Positions 1 through 7,804 of a stretch of 38,773 nt of DNA are shown piece by piece; position 1 is the first letter of the stretch; every line of letters starts with the position of its first letter. The DNA comes from a virus (taxonomy: Duplodnaviria; Caudoviricetes). The stretch spans positions 1 to 38,773 of the IMG/VR virus record IMGVR_UViG_3300035492_000136; one strand, 5' to 3'. The notes beneath the pieces were generated by a model. The model was not told where the DNA came from and made no database searches. It saw only the letters and a program-made list of their open reading frames with translations. The translations under genes and the position numbers were made by a program.

Positions 1-115
1 GACAAGGGCTGTCTTACGCTTGGCTGTCCAGCGCTTGATGTCGTCTTCCATCAGGGTGCTCATCGTCGTTTCCTTCAACGTTAACACCTGAGCAGGAATT
101 CACTGGGTCAATACA
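1..115 (-). mobile_element. Left end of IS3-family element (5'-TG end plus start of orfA), inserted in the IS5 transposase gene
   Basis: Minus strand begins TGTATTGACCCAGTGAATTCC at 115, exactly where IS5 transposase similarity stops; ORF 63..1 MSTLMEDDIKRWTAKRKTALV resembles IS3-family OrfA; cut by window edge. Confidence 0.8.
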
Positions 116-278
116 CCACTGCATATCCCTATCGAGCCAAATGGTCAGCTCACCTCGCGCCTTCAACGCTGCGTTGTAAGCCTTCCAGTTCGTTGTGCGG
201 TACTTAACCCGACCCCAGCTCGTCTCTCTCATCTCCCGAGCCTACCTCAGCTGCGACCGGCATTTGTGCAACAACGCC
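116..278 (-). mobile_element. IS5-family (IS903 group) element, left IR and transposase N-terminus (interrupted)
   Basis: IR GGCGTTGTTGCACAAATG (278-261); ORF from 232 MRETSWGRVKYRTTNWKAYNAALKARGELTIWLD has the IS903-type N-terminal motif. Confidence 0.88.
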
Positions 279-297
279 CTGCTACATCTTGCGTCAT
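279..297 (-). pseudogene. First 6 codons of the tail tape-measure gene, cut by the IS
   Basis: GGGGTG RBS then ATG ACG CAA GAT GTA GCA (MTQDVA) at the position expected for the TMP start after the chaperone genes; abuts the IS IR. Confidence 0.6.
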
Positions 298-308
298 ACG
301 CACCCCAG

Positions 309-360
309 AAAAAACAAAAGCCCAACTCGTTGGGCCAATAAAAAAGCACCCGAAGGTGCT
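309..360 (-). terminator. Two tandem intrinsic terminators after the moron gene
   Basis: AGCAC-CTTCGG-GTGCT+T6 and GCCCAAC-GA-GTTGGGC+T-rich tail on minus strand. Confidence 0.75.
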
Positions 361-380
361 CATCGCTTACTGTTTTGCAG

Positions 381-806
381 TTACTTGCGAACGCTTGTTA
401 TCAAATTGTTCTCGACTGTGGCAACAACTCCGCTGGCAAAGTAATAAGTCTGCGCGCCGTTAGATGAATGCCCAACGGAGGTCGGTGCGCCGCAGATTAG
501 TTCAACCTGCGAATACATCATCCCGGAGTAAATCCGTCCGCACGGACCACGATCTACAGATGCACCGTTCGCACTCCGGCTAGTCATTTCAGCAATGAAC
601 ATGGGATATTGAGAACGCGCCGCAATCATTGGCATATTCCCAACAGCGTCCATATTAATTAAAGTCTCACTCAACGAGAAGGACGGCTTAGGCACCACCT
701 GAACACCAGAAACATTAGATCCGTGTACGAAGTGGTATGAGCCCGCAGACCACACTCCTAGCGCCACAGCTGCGCCTGCGACTGCAATACCAAATTTTCG
801 CATCAC
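381..806 (-). CDS. Moron-like exported/membrane-anchored hypothetical protein
   Basis: AAGGAGG RBS, hydrophobic N-terminus (FGIAVAGAAVALGVW), AT-richer than flanks, own promoter and terminators. Confidence 0.75.
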   Translation of the reverse strand: MMRKFGIAVAGAAVALGVWSAGSYHFVHGSNVSGVQVVPKPSFSLSETLINMDAVGNMPMIAARSQYPMFIAEMTSRSANGASVDRGPCGRIYSGMMYSQVELICGAPTSVGHSSNGAQTYYFASGVVATVENNLITSVRK

Positions 807-827
807 GCCTCCTTATAAGATGGTGCA

Positions 828-856
828 ATGGTAGTCACTCGGCGGCTTTGCGCCAA
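828..856 (-). promoter_or_regulatory. Sigma70-type promoter of the moron
   Basis: TTGGCG-N17-TACCAT. Confidence 0.6.
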
Positions 857-1176
857 GTCGGCGCCTGCTCACCTGGCGCATTTGAGGCTTCCACGGCGCC
901 GCGCTCTATCTGTCGAACATCGGAAAACAGATTGTCAGCGTCTTTCTTGCTCAGGCGCAATGACTTGAGGCATGCCAACACCGCCGTGTAATCCAGCCCT
1001 GCCAGCGTGCCAGCAGGGGTAAGTCTCCACTGCGTGCGGCAGAACTCGTGAAAGAAAGCCAGCGCCTGCACATGGCATGGCCACACTGCGATGTCATCGG
1101 GTAAATAGTCTTCCAGCTCAAACCCTTCAGCAATGCTCTCGGGCGCTCTCCAATAGAGAACCCACCCGAGATCCAT
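835..1176 (-). CDS. Tail assembly chaperone, downstream frame (DUF1799-like, lambda T analogue)
   Basis: VWP...FCRTQWRL...GLDY motif; in -1 frame to the upstream chaperone. Confidence 0.8.
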   Translation of the reverse strand: MDLGWVLYWRAPESIAEGFELEDYLPDDIAVWPCHVQALAFFHEFCRTQWRLTPAGTLAGLDYTAVLACLKSLRLSKKDADNLFSDVRQIERGAVEASNAPGEQAPTWRKAAE

Positions 1177-1508
1177 CAGTTTCCCAATCGCACCCGCTGG
1201 TATTCGGCAAAGTAGGCCTTGATGACTGCGGCGGCAAAACCAGGCTGCTTAGCCTGCACGGCCTTGATGGCTTCTGCGTTGAAAGCGTCTGGCAACTCCC
1301 AGCCGCTGGCCACCTCCAAGACCGCTTCCACATCCCCGGTCTTCTCTTCACGGAATTTCTTATCCAGCGCCGCCATTTCCTCGGGGCTGCGCGCCTTGAA
1401 GATCACCTGCAGCTCCGCACTAGGCAGGCCCAAGCGAGGGATTAGCACGGCCAGTTTGTAGGTGGGGTCAGCATCAAGCGTGAACTTAGGGTGTGTGCGT
1501 TCTGTCAT
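1176..1508 (-). CDS. Tail assembly chaperone (lambda G analogue)
   Basis: Follows tail tube gene; GWEL.DAF motif; ends RLGN at slippery site. Confidence 0.8.
   Translation of the reverse strand: MTERTHPKFTLDADPTYKLAVLIPRLGLPSAELQVIFKARSPEEMAALDKKFREEKTGDVEAVLEVASGWELPDAFNAEAIKAVQAKQPGFAAAVIKAYFAEYQRVRLGN
1179..1185 (-). promoter_or_regulatory. Programmed -1 frameshift site G GGA AAC
   Basis: XXXYYYZ heptamer just before the stop; -1 frame reads GGG AAA CTG ATG into the next ORF. Confidence 0.75.
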
Positions 1509-1530
1509 GTCGTTTCCTTGTGAGCGGAGT

Positions 1531-1580
1531 AAAAAGGCCCGCCGCACCCTCCCCGCTCAAAGGGAAGAGGCGCGACAGGC
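1531..1580 (-). terminator. Long GU-rich hairpin with T-tract after the major tail gene
   Basis: GCCTGTCGCGCCTCTTCCC pairs with GGGGAGGGTGCGGCGGGC, then CTTTTT. Confidence 0.55.
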
Positions 1581-1588
1581 ACAAAGGG

Positions 1589-2242
1589 TTAGGACTTGTA
1601 GCGGATCGAGCGAGCCTTGCCGGACACATCCACGCGCACGCGGTTGATCTGGCCGTCTTGGCGGATCTCTTCCTCGTTCAGCGCCACAGTGCATGGCAGC
1701 AGCGTGATCGAGCCATTGCGGTTGATCGTGCGCATGATGGTGGTGCTCTGAACTTCGGTCAGATCAAGCAAGGCGTTGTAGCCGGGGGTGTCAATCGCAT
1801 CGGAGTCGATTTCCATGGTGCGAGTCACTGGCGTCCAGCCGTCGTTGATCTCGTACTCGTTTTCATCGGCTTCGTAGCGGTAGGTCACCTTCTTGGCCTC
1901 GCCGCCGCTGGTGCTGGTGCTCAGCACCTGGTCGATGTCCACCCAAGTTGTGGCCTTTTGCGCCTTGCCTGCGCCACCGCCCGGGATGTAGAAGGCTTCG
2001 TTGGTGGTGTTGGCCTTCTTGCCTTCCAGCGTGAAGGTGTCTGTGGTCACAGCTTTGACGCGGAAGGCGCGATTGTTCAGGCGCGACCAGCCAGACTCAA
2101 TCAGCACGATGTCACCAGCCTCGAAGCCGTGTGCAGTCGAAGAGCAAACCGCTTCTGCAGCATTGCTGATTGCGGTCACAGTCTTGGCCGTGGCCAGTGC
2201 GGTGGCCAGAGAGTGGCGGGCACCAGTAGGTAAAGATGGCAT
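1589..2242 (-). CDS. Major tail tube protein
   Basis: 217 aa, ISNA.EAV...HGF.AGD...SGWSRLNNR motif typical of this tail tube family; synteny. Confidence 0.85.
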   Translation of the reverse strand: MPSLPTGARHSLATALATAKTVTAISNAAEAVCSSTAHGFEAGDIVLIESGWSRLNNRAFRVKAVTTDTFTLEGKKANTTNEAFYIPGGGAGKAQKATTWVDIDQVLSTSTSGGEAKKVTYRYEADENEYEINDGWTPVTRTMEIDSDAIDTPGYNALLDLTEVQSTTIMRTINRNGSITLLPCTVALNEEEIRQDGQINRVRVDVSGKARSIRYKS

Positions 2243-2319
2243 GTTCTGCCCTTTCTAAAACGACAAAACCCGCACAAAGCGGGTTTGATTTGGTGAAGCC
2301 CTTGCGGGCAGCTAGTCGG

Positions 2320-2718
2320 CTAGGCCGTTGTCCAGCGGATGGACACAGGGATGCGCAGCCACCCGTCATCGGGGTAGGCCGTGCCAATGTCAGGGGATCG
2401 GTACACGGTGGCAGCGCCGCCGGTGAATGGCAGGCGCAGACCAATGCCGAAGTGCTGGGCCACCTTGTAGGCCAGCGCATTCGCCTGCACCTTGCCACCC
2501 CCTGCCGGATGAACAACCGTCACTTGCAAGATGCCGCGATCCTCCCGCACGTCCAGCGTTTCAGCGTGGTCGATCGGGGTGTTTCGCAGCTGATTGACTT
2601 GCAAGTAGGCTTGGCCGGTGACGGGCTTGAAGGCCACATCCTCCCAAGCAATGGACGGCGCATCCGGCAGGGTCAGCAAATGAGCCTCTAGGGCTGCATC
2701 GATCAGGTTGGGGTTCAC
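2320..2718 (-). CDS. Tail terminator-like protein (DUF4128-like)
   Basis: IAWE.VAF.P, GILQVTV..P.G.G, IPVSI.W motifs; synteny. Confidence 0.75.
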   Translation of the reverse strand: MNPNLIDAALEAHLLTLPDAPSIAWEDVAFKPVTGQAYLQVNQLRNTPIDHAETLDVREDRGILQVTVVHPAGGGKVQANALAYKVAQHFGIGLRLPFTGGAATVYRSPDIGTAYPDDGWLRIPVSIRWTTA

Positions 2719-3113
2719 TTCACTTCCCTTGCGGCTTTGGCCACGGCTTCTTCAAAGCGCTGCACGGTGATGCGCACCATGCCACTGGGCGCCTGCTTGG
2801 AGTAGCCGTACTCCAGTTTTTGCGCATACGGCAAGTTGTTGGTTATGAAAATTGACTTGTCGCCAACCTTCCACCGACCGATCACGTCGCGCAGCATGTA
2901 GATTGATCCGTCGCCGCCAGTTTTGGCGGAGCCAACCGCGGCCGCGCTCTTGTAGCCCACAGAAGTGACCCAGTTGTTCTTGAATCGCCCTGTGTCAACC
3001 GGGCTCATGTCGATCAACGAGCCGCCCATATCAAGAGCGACCTTGCGCACCACCAGCTCGGCCTTATCGCCCGCCTTCTCACACAGCTTGGCAAGATCAG
3101 CAGCAAACCCCAT
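2715..3113 (-). CDS. HK97 gp10-like neck/tail-completion protein
   Basis: SPVDTGRFKNNW and NNLPYA.KLEYG.SKQAP.GMV motifs. Confidence 0.85.
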   Translation of the reverse strand: MGFAADLAKLCEKAGDKAELVVRKVALDMGGSLIDMSPVDTGRFKNNWVTSVGYKSAAAVGSAKTGGDGSIYMLRDVIGRWKVGDKSIFITNNLPYAQKLEYGYSKQAPSGMVRITVQRFEEAVAKAAREVK

Positions 3114-3493
3114 CACACACCTCGCAACTGGACGATGTACAGCACTGGCTGCCCAGCAGGAGCCACCGCTCCTACGTTCTTGACCGTGAAGGTCTTATTC
3201 ACACCCAAATGCATGGCCGTGACCGTGTGCGCCGTGCTGGGCGTGACCGCGATCTGCGGCGCCAGCAGCAGCTTTTGGTCGCCGTGCATGATGGTGGTGC
3301 CGTCGATTTCCCGCTGGGTGTAGTCCAGCAGCACGCCGATGCCCTTGGCTGTCGTGGCCGGATTCGCAGGCACAACGCCAACGCCGGGGACGTAGCCGCC
3401 GCCTGAGCCGGGGATGTTCAGCGTGACCGCCTGCCCCGCTTCCTCGATGGCAGCCAGTGCATCGGCTGCGATTTCGTCGTAGTCGATGGCCAT
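3113..3493 (-). CDS. Head closure / head-tail joining protein
   Basis: EIDGT.I..GD.KLL and C-terminal VLY.VQLR motifs; synteny. Confidence 0.7.
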   Translation of the reverse strand: MAIDYDEIAADALAAIEEAGQAVTLNIPGSGGGYVPGVGVVPANPATTAKGIGVLLDYTQREIDGTTIMHGDQKLLLAPQIAVTPSTAHTVTAMHLGVNKTFTVKNVGAVAPAGQPVLYIVQLRGV

Positions 3494-3496
3494 GGC

Positions 3497-3910
3497 CTAC
3501 CCCCGCACCAGCTTGACGCTGTACCCGCTGCCCTCAGTCAAGCCACGCAGCAGGTTGTCGATCACAGGGAAAGCCGTCTTGCCGCCCTGCACGCCCTCTG
3601 CCCACTTGGTGGTGATCGGCCCCACGGTGGATTCGGTTTTGACCCGCCCATCCGTGTCCTTGAGCAGTTGCCCCTTGGATGCCCGCACAGCCGCTTCGCA
3701 GCAGGCAGCTTTCACGCGGTCATGCACTGACGCAAGGTGCTCAGGCGCGATGCTGTAGGCCGTCAGCAGGTACTGCGTGGCCTGGCGCAATGCAACCTCT
3801 TGCTTGACTTCTTCGGCAGGCCATGTGTGCCCATAGTTGCCCATGTAAGCCGCAGCATCTTCAAGGCTCACAAGGCTGTCATAGCCCTCAGTTGGTGCGA
3901 CTGTCAGCAT
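3497..3910 (-). CDS. Head-tail adaptor protein
   Basis: DS.VSL.DA.AY, AL.QAT.YL, VK.ACCE.A, E.TVGPI motifs. Confidence 0.7.
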   Translation of the reverse strand: MLTVAPTEGYDSLVSLEDAAAYMGNYGHTWPAEEVKQEVALRQATQYLLTAYSIAPEHLASVHDRVKAACCEAAVRASKGQLLKDTDGRVKTESTVGPITTKWAEGVQGGKTAFPVIDNLLRGLTEGSGYSVKLVRG

Positions 3911-3913
3911 GGG

Positions 3914-4195
3914 TTACTCCTTGGGGGCTTCGCCTTCGTGCTTGGGCTGCTCGCCTTCGGCTGGTTTTTGGCCGGCTTCAGGCTCTGCTGGCTTTTCAGC
4001 CTTAGCTGGTTGCTTTGGCTCTTTGCCCTGCTTGGTCGCCTGCGCCTGCTGGGCTGGCTTTTCAGCCTTAGCTGGCTTGGGGTTCGGATCAAAGATCGCA
4101 TCAATGATGCGCACCCCCTTGGCCACCAGCTCGGCCTTGCGCTCAGGGCTGACCGGGTGCGGTTCGTAGTGAATAGGCTTTTCTTGTGTGCTCAT
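3914..4195 (-). CDS. Small capsid-associated hypothetical protein with low-complexity tail
   Basis: YEPHPVSPERKAEL..KG.RIIDA.F N-terminus; directly after the capsid gene. Confidence 0.75.
   Translation of the reverse strand: MSTQEKPIHYEPHPVSPERKAELVAKGVRIIDAIFDPNPKPAKAEKPAQQAQATKQGKEPKQPAKAEKPAEPEAGQKPAEGEQPKHEGEAPKE
3987..4075. repeat. 23-bp perfect direct repeat, 66 bp apart
   Basis: GCTGGCTTTTCAGCCTTAGCTGG at 3987-4009 and 4053-4075, encoding PAKAEKPA twice. Confidence 0.9.
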
Positions 4196-4206
4196 GCGTC
4201 ACCTAT

Positions 4207-4230
4207 GAAAAAAGGGGCCGAAGCCCCTTT
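4207..4230 (-). terminator. Intrinsic terminator after capsid gene
   Basis: GGGGC-TTCG-GCCCC+T7. Confidence 0.8.
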
Positions 4231-4247
4231 GGTTGATGGATGGCCAA

Positions 4248-5216
4248 TTACTTGGCAGCGTCACCGATCAGCGCAACACCAGCGGTGTGCTTGATGTCGG
4301 CAGCAACCTTGTCCCAGTTGGAGCCGGTGCCCAGGGCTGCATCGGCAGGCGACTTGCCACCGTTGGCCTCGTCCCAGGTGTAGCCCTTCAGGCCCAGGCC
4401 AAAGGTGTAGTCCACCTGCATCGTGGTTTCGATGCGGGTTTGACCGTTGGTGGTCTCGATGTTGGAGATCACGTCGCCTGCGTCGTGCACGATGGCCGCG
4501 CCTTCTGCCAGGCCCAGCACGTATTCCTTGTTGGGAGTGCCGGTCACGTACAGCGCAGGGGCATCGGTCACCACCACAGCCTTGCCCAAGATGTCCACCA
4601 CACGCACATTGCCCGCTTGGAACAGTTGGGCGGCGTTGGCCAGGTTCTGGCCGATCAGCTTGTGATAGACCGAGCCGGTCATCACGTCAGCCACGATGTC
4701 GCCGGAGCGGTCACCGAACTTGGCGTGGGCGTTGTTCAGGCCTGCATAGGTCACGCCAGCCGTCGCGGACACATCCACAGTCGCGCCAGCTTGGTTGGCG
4801 ATGGCAGCGCGCAGGGCCAAGATGGCCGTGTTCAGCTGGTCAGCCAGCAGTGCCTCGGCAAAGTTGCGGCTGGCCACTTCCACTCCCTCGGTGGTGGGCT
4901 TGTTGAGCCAGGTCAGCTGCGAAGGCTCGAAGCGGATGGGGCCAAAGCCGCCAGCCACCTTCACGGAGCTGTGCTTGAGCTGGGTCAGGTCAGTCGCTGC
5001 AGCCGTAGTTTGAGTGGCATAGCGGTTCACGCGGCGCTGTGCAGAGTGGATGGCGGCAAAGAACGATTCCTGCAGAAAGTCGCCATCGAATGCGCCAGTG
5101 GTCAGGCGAATGGTGCCGTTGGAGGCTGCATTGAACTTCGCAATCATCTGGCCCAGCGTCTCGATGGTCGCAGGCATGATGTATTGGTTGAAGACTTGCA
5201 TTTGAGAGAGGGACAT
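4248..5216 (-). CDS. Major capsid protein
   Basis: 322 aa after scaffold; FNAASNG.I.L and GLKGY.WD...GGKSP.DAAL.TG.NW motifs. Confidence 0.9.
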   Translation of the reverse strand: MSLSQMQVFNQYIMPATIETLGQMIAKFNAASNGTIRLTTGAFDGDFLQESFFAAIHSAQRRVNRYATQTTAAATDLTQLKHSSVKVAGGFGPIRFEPSQLTWLNKPTTEGVEVASRNFAEALLADQLNTAILALRAAIANQAGATVDVSATAGVTYAGLNNAHAKFGDRSGDIVADVMTGSVYHKLIGQNLANAAQLFQAGNVRVVDILGKAVVVTDAPALYVTGTPNKEYVLGLAEGAAIVHDAGDVISNIETTNGQTRIETTMQVDYTFGLGLKGYTWDEANGGKSPADAALGTGSNWDKVAADIKHTAGVALIGDAAK

Positions 5217-5219
5217 GGT

Positions 5220-5963
5220 TTAGCCTTTCGCTAATTCAGGGAAACGGGATGCGATGGCGGCCTGGCGCGATGCACGATCGCCACCGAGATCGCCTCGGGT
5301 TGTTGAAGAGCCAGCACCTGAACCACCCGCACCGGAGCCACTGGCGCCCGATCCCTTGAGGATTTGCTCCTTGTTGGGATAGGCATCTACCAGAGTCGAC
5401 AGAGCTTCATCGAAGCCTGCGTGCTCACTGGGGTTGGCCTTGCTGTAGATGGCTTGGCCGTCTTTGCCATAGGCCACCACGCGCCCGTTTTCGACCTTGA
5501 AGGCACTGCCAAATGCGGCTTGCACCAAGTCGGCAGGGATAGCCAGGCGCTCAGCGATGACCTTGGAGCGGGCAAAGTTGCCGCCGATCAGCTCGTTGTG
5601 CAGCTGCTGCTCCAGTGCCTGCTTGGCCTTTTCAGCCTCTGACAGCTTGCCTTCCCAGTTCTTGGTGATCTCGCTTCGCACCTTTTCCACCTCGCCAGCG
5701 TCGATCAGCTTCTTCTGATCCAGCTTGGTGATGGTGTCCAGCGCCTTGGCAGCTGCTTCGGGGTCGATGCCTTCAAACGCCTTGAGCGCCTTCTCTGCCG
5801 TTTCTGCGCGTTCGCGGTGCCCCTTGGCCTCGCCGTTCAAGCGCTTGATGGCTTCGGTGGTGCCCGCAGCGTCAAAGACCACGTCTTGGCCTGCGTCGTC
5901 CACATAGACGGGCTTGCCGTCTTGCACGACCACGTGACCATTGGCGTCCAGCTTGAGTTTCAT
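5220..5963 (-). CDS. Capsid scaffolding protein (DUF6651-like)
   Basis: MKLKLD.NGHVVVQDGKPVY start, coiled-coil, Gly/Ser-rich C-terminus. Confidence 0.85.
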   Translation of the reverse strand: MKLKLDANGHVVVQDGKPVYVDDAGQDVVFDAAGTTEAIKRLNGEAKGHRERAETAEKALKAFEGIDPEAAAKALDTITKLDQKKLIDAGEVEKVRSEITKNWEGKLSEAEKAKQALEQQLHNELIGGNFARSKVIAERLAIPADLVQAAFGSAFKVENGRVVAYGKDGQAIYSKANPSEHAGFDEALSTLVDAYPNKEQILKGSGASGSGAGGSGAGSSTTRGDLGGDRASRQAAIASRFPELAKG

Positions 5964-6049
5964 GTGCTTGCTCTTTCCGGCCATCCGGCCTGTGCTTTGG
6001 GCTATCCAGCCCGGTGCGCCCTACTTGGCATCCGCCGTGTTCGGGCAAT

Positions 6050-6111
6050 AAAAAACCCACCGGGATTGCTCCAGGTGGGCGGGAAAAGAAAAAGCCAGCG
6101 CGAGGCTGGCT
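6050..6111 (-). terminator. Two intrinsic terminators
   Basis: AGCCAGC-CTCGC-GCTGGCT+T-tract; CCCACC...GGTGGG+T6. Confidence 0.7.
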
Positions 6112-6120
6112 TGACATTTA

Positions 6121-6348
6121 TTAGGGTTGAGGTGGGCTGTAGTTCGGCAGGAAAACCAGCTCGCTGTAGTTATCAAGCTGATCCACTCGATCTAGGTACC
6201 CATCAGTGTGAACCATTGGCACAACTTGCTCCGCTTCATCTTCTTTGATTAGCGCAAAACAAACTACCGGATCATAAAAATCCGTCATGTCAGTGTATGT
6301 GGCATACCAGCCGGAGGCCGGCATGATCTGAATGATCTTGTATTCCAT
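6121..6348 (-). CDS. AT-rich hypothetical protein (moron-like)
   Basis: GGAGG RBS, 75 aa, composition differs from flanks. Confidence 0.7.
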   Translation of the reverse strand: MEYKIIQIMPASGWYATYTDMTDFYDPVVCFALIKEDEAEQVVPMVHTDGYLDRVDQLDNYSELVFLPNYSPPQP

Positions 6349-6375
6349 AACCCCTCCAATTGCGAAGAGAGCATC

Positions 6376-6678
6376 CTACTTCACCAGCTTGGGCTTCGTC
6401 CGCCTTGGCTTTGGCTCTTTGACGATGCGTGGCCTGGGCGGGATCAGGTCCACGATGATGCCGCGCTTCCAGCAGTGGGCGCAGATGCCCTTTTCGATCA
6501 CCGTGCCTGCCTTGATCTTGCCGCCCACGATGCGATCCCCGTTGCGGATCATCAGCGTGTCCCTGCCGCCGCAGCGGCTGCACTGCAACATGCCGTCAGG
6601 GCGTGCAATGTCCTTGATGCGCTCGACCATGGCGGCCTTGCGATCAGGTGGGGTGGGCGGGACAAGTTCCAAAGGCAT
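6376..6678 (-). CDS. Zn-finger hypothetical protein
   Basis: CSRC and CAHC pairs, basic C-terminus; probable leaderless start. Confidence 0.7.
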   Translation of the reverse strand: MPLELVPPTPPDRKAAMVERIKDIARPDGMLQCSRCGGRDTLMIRNGDRIVGGKIKAGTVIEKGICAHCWKRGIIVDLIPPRPRIVKEPKPRRTKPKLVK

Positions 6679-6691
6679 CGCGCCATTGTGC

Positions 6692-7804
6692 CTACAACCC
6701 CGCCCGCTTGAAAGCCTCAGCATCGCGCTTTCGCAGGTCGTCCAAGGTCAGCAGCTCGCCTCTGGCGCTGTACAGATCAGCCATTTCCAGCTTTCCCTGC
6801 CGCAGCAAGCGTCCGCGCGTCGGCCCCAACACCTCGTCCTGACGCTTGGCGTTTTGCTTCTTGATCCAGTCCGCATAGCTGGTGTCAGCCGGTAGCTGGC
6901 CGTCCATGCTGGCCCGCGTCTTGCCGCCCACCTCAATCTCCGGCACATCGATTCCAAGCTCCTTGAAACTCTTGAGCACCGGCACTTGACCGGAGCGGCA
7001 GCGCCAGTGCAATCGACCCGGCCCTGCGCCCCACGGCACCTTGTGGCCAATCGGCTTGTGATCGTCAGGCGTGTACAGCTTCCGGTCACGAATGCGGCAC
7101 TGCGGGCTTGTGCGCAAATCCAGCGTGGCTGACCACTGCAGCGCCTTGAGCAAGTCCGTGTTGGCCTGCATCACGTTGTCCTGCGCCACGCCCGCCATGT
7201 GCGCCACCGCTGTACGGGTGACAGCCTCCACATCACGCCGGTCGCGCTCGATGATGCCGTCTGAGTAGCCCTTGGCCCTGGTGCCGCGCAGCTCACGGAT
7301 GATCTGGTCGGTGGTCTTGCCCTCCACAAAGCCCTGGGCAATCGTTTGCCGCACACGCTGCATCTTGTTGCGGTCAAGGTCAGCCCACACGCCTTTGAGC
7401 AGCACGCCTTGGAACGGGCGAGCCATCGCAGCCGCATAGACCTGCTCAGCACTCACCGCAGCCACGTGCACCACCACCGGCAGGTGCTCGGTTAGCATCT
7501 GGTGTTGGTAGCTGACCTCATAGCCCACGAACTCGCGCAGCTCTTTGGTCAGCTCTTGGCCCAGCTCGGCATAGGTGGCCGCTGACATAGCGCGCACGCT
7601 GGTCAGCAGCGACTCCAGCCGCTCCATGGAAAACAGCGTTGGGTCGAAGTCGGCCAGCTTTTCAGCCAACTCAGCCATCAGGCGCTGGTCGGAGCGGTTG
7701 AGCACGGCCAGCAGCCGGTGCATGACGCCCGTGGTGTAGCCCTGCAAGGCGACCTGATGCCGGATCGATTCGTCTTGCAGCAGGTCGTTCACAGATTCCA
7801 TCAT
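6692..7804 (-). CDS. MuF / SPP1 gp7-like minor head protein
   Basis: WSATLD.RTS..CR..D and HWRCRS motifs; follows portal; no C-terminal toxin extension. Confidence 0.88.
   Translation of the reverse strand: MMESVNDLLQDESIRHQVALQGYTTGVMHRLLAVLNRSDQRLMAELAEKLADFDPTLFSMERLESLLTSVRAMSAATYAELGQELTKELREFVGYEVSYQHQMLTEHLPVVVHVAAVSAEQVYAAAMARPFQGVLLKGVWADLDRNKMQRVRQTIAQGFVEGKTTDQIIRELRGTRAKGYSDGIIERDRRDVEAVTRTAVAHMAGVAQDNVMQANTDLLKALQWSATLDLRTSPQCRIRDRKLYTPDDHKPIGHKVPWGAGPGRLHWRCRSGQVPVLKSFKELGIDVPEIEVGGKTRASMDGQLPADTSYADWIKKQNAKRQDEVLGPTRGRLLRQGKLEMADLYSARGELLTLDDLRKRDAEAFKRAGL

Noticed and set aside
6692-7804. MuF polymorphic toxin
   Set aside because: The protein ends at the usual short-MuF C-terminus with no toxin extension
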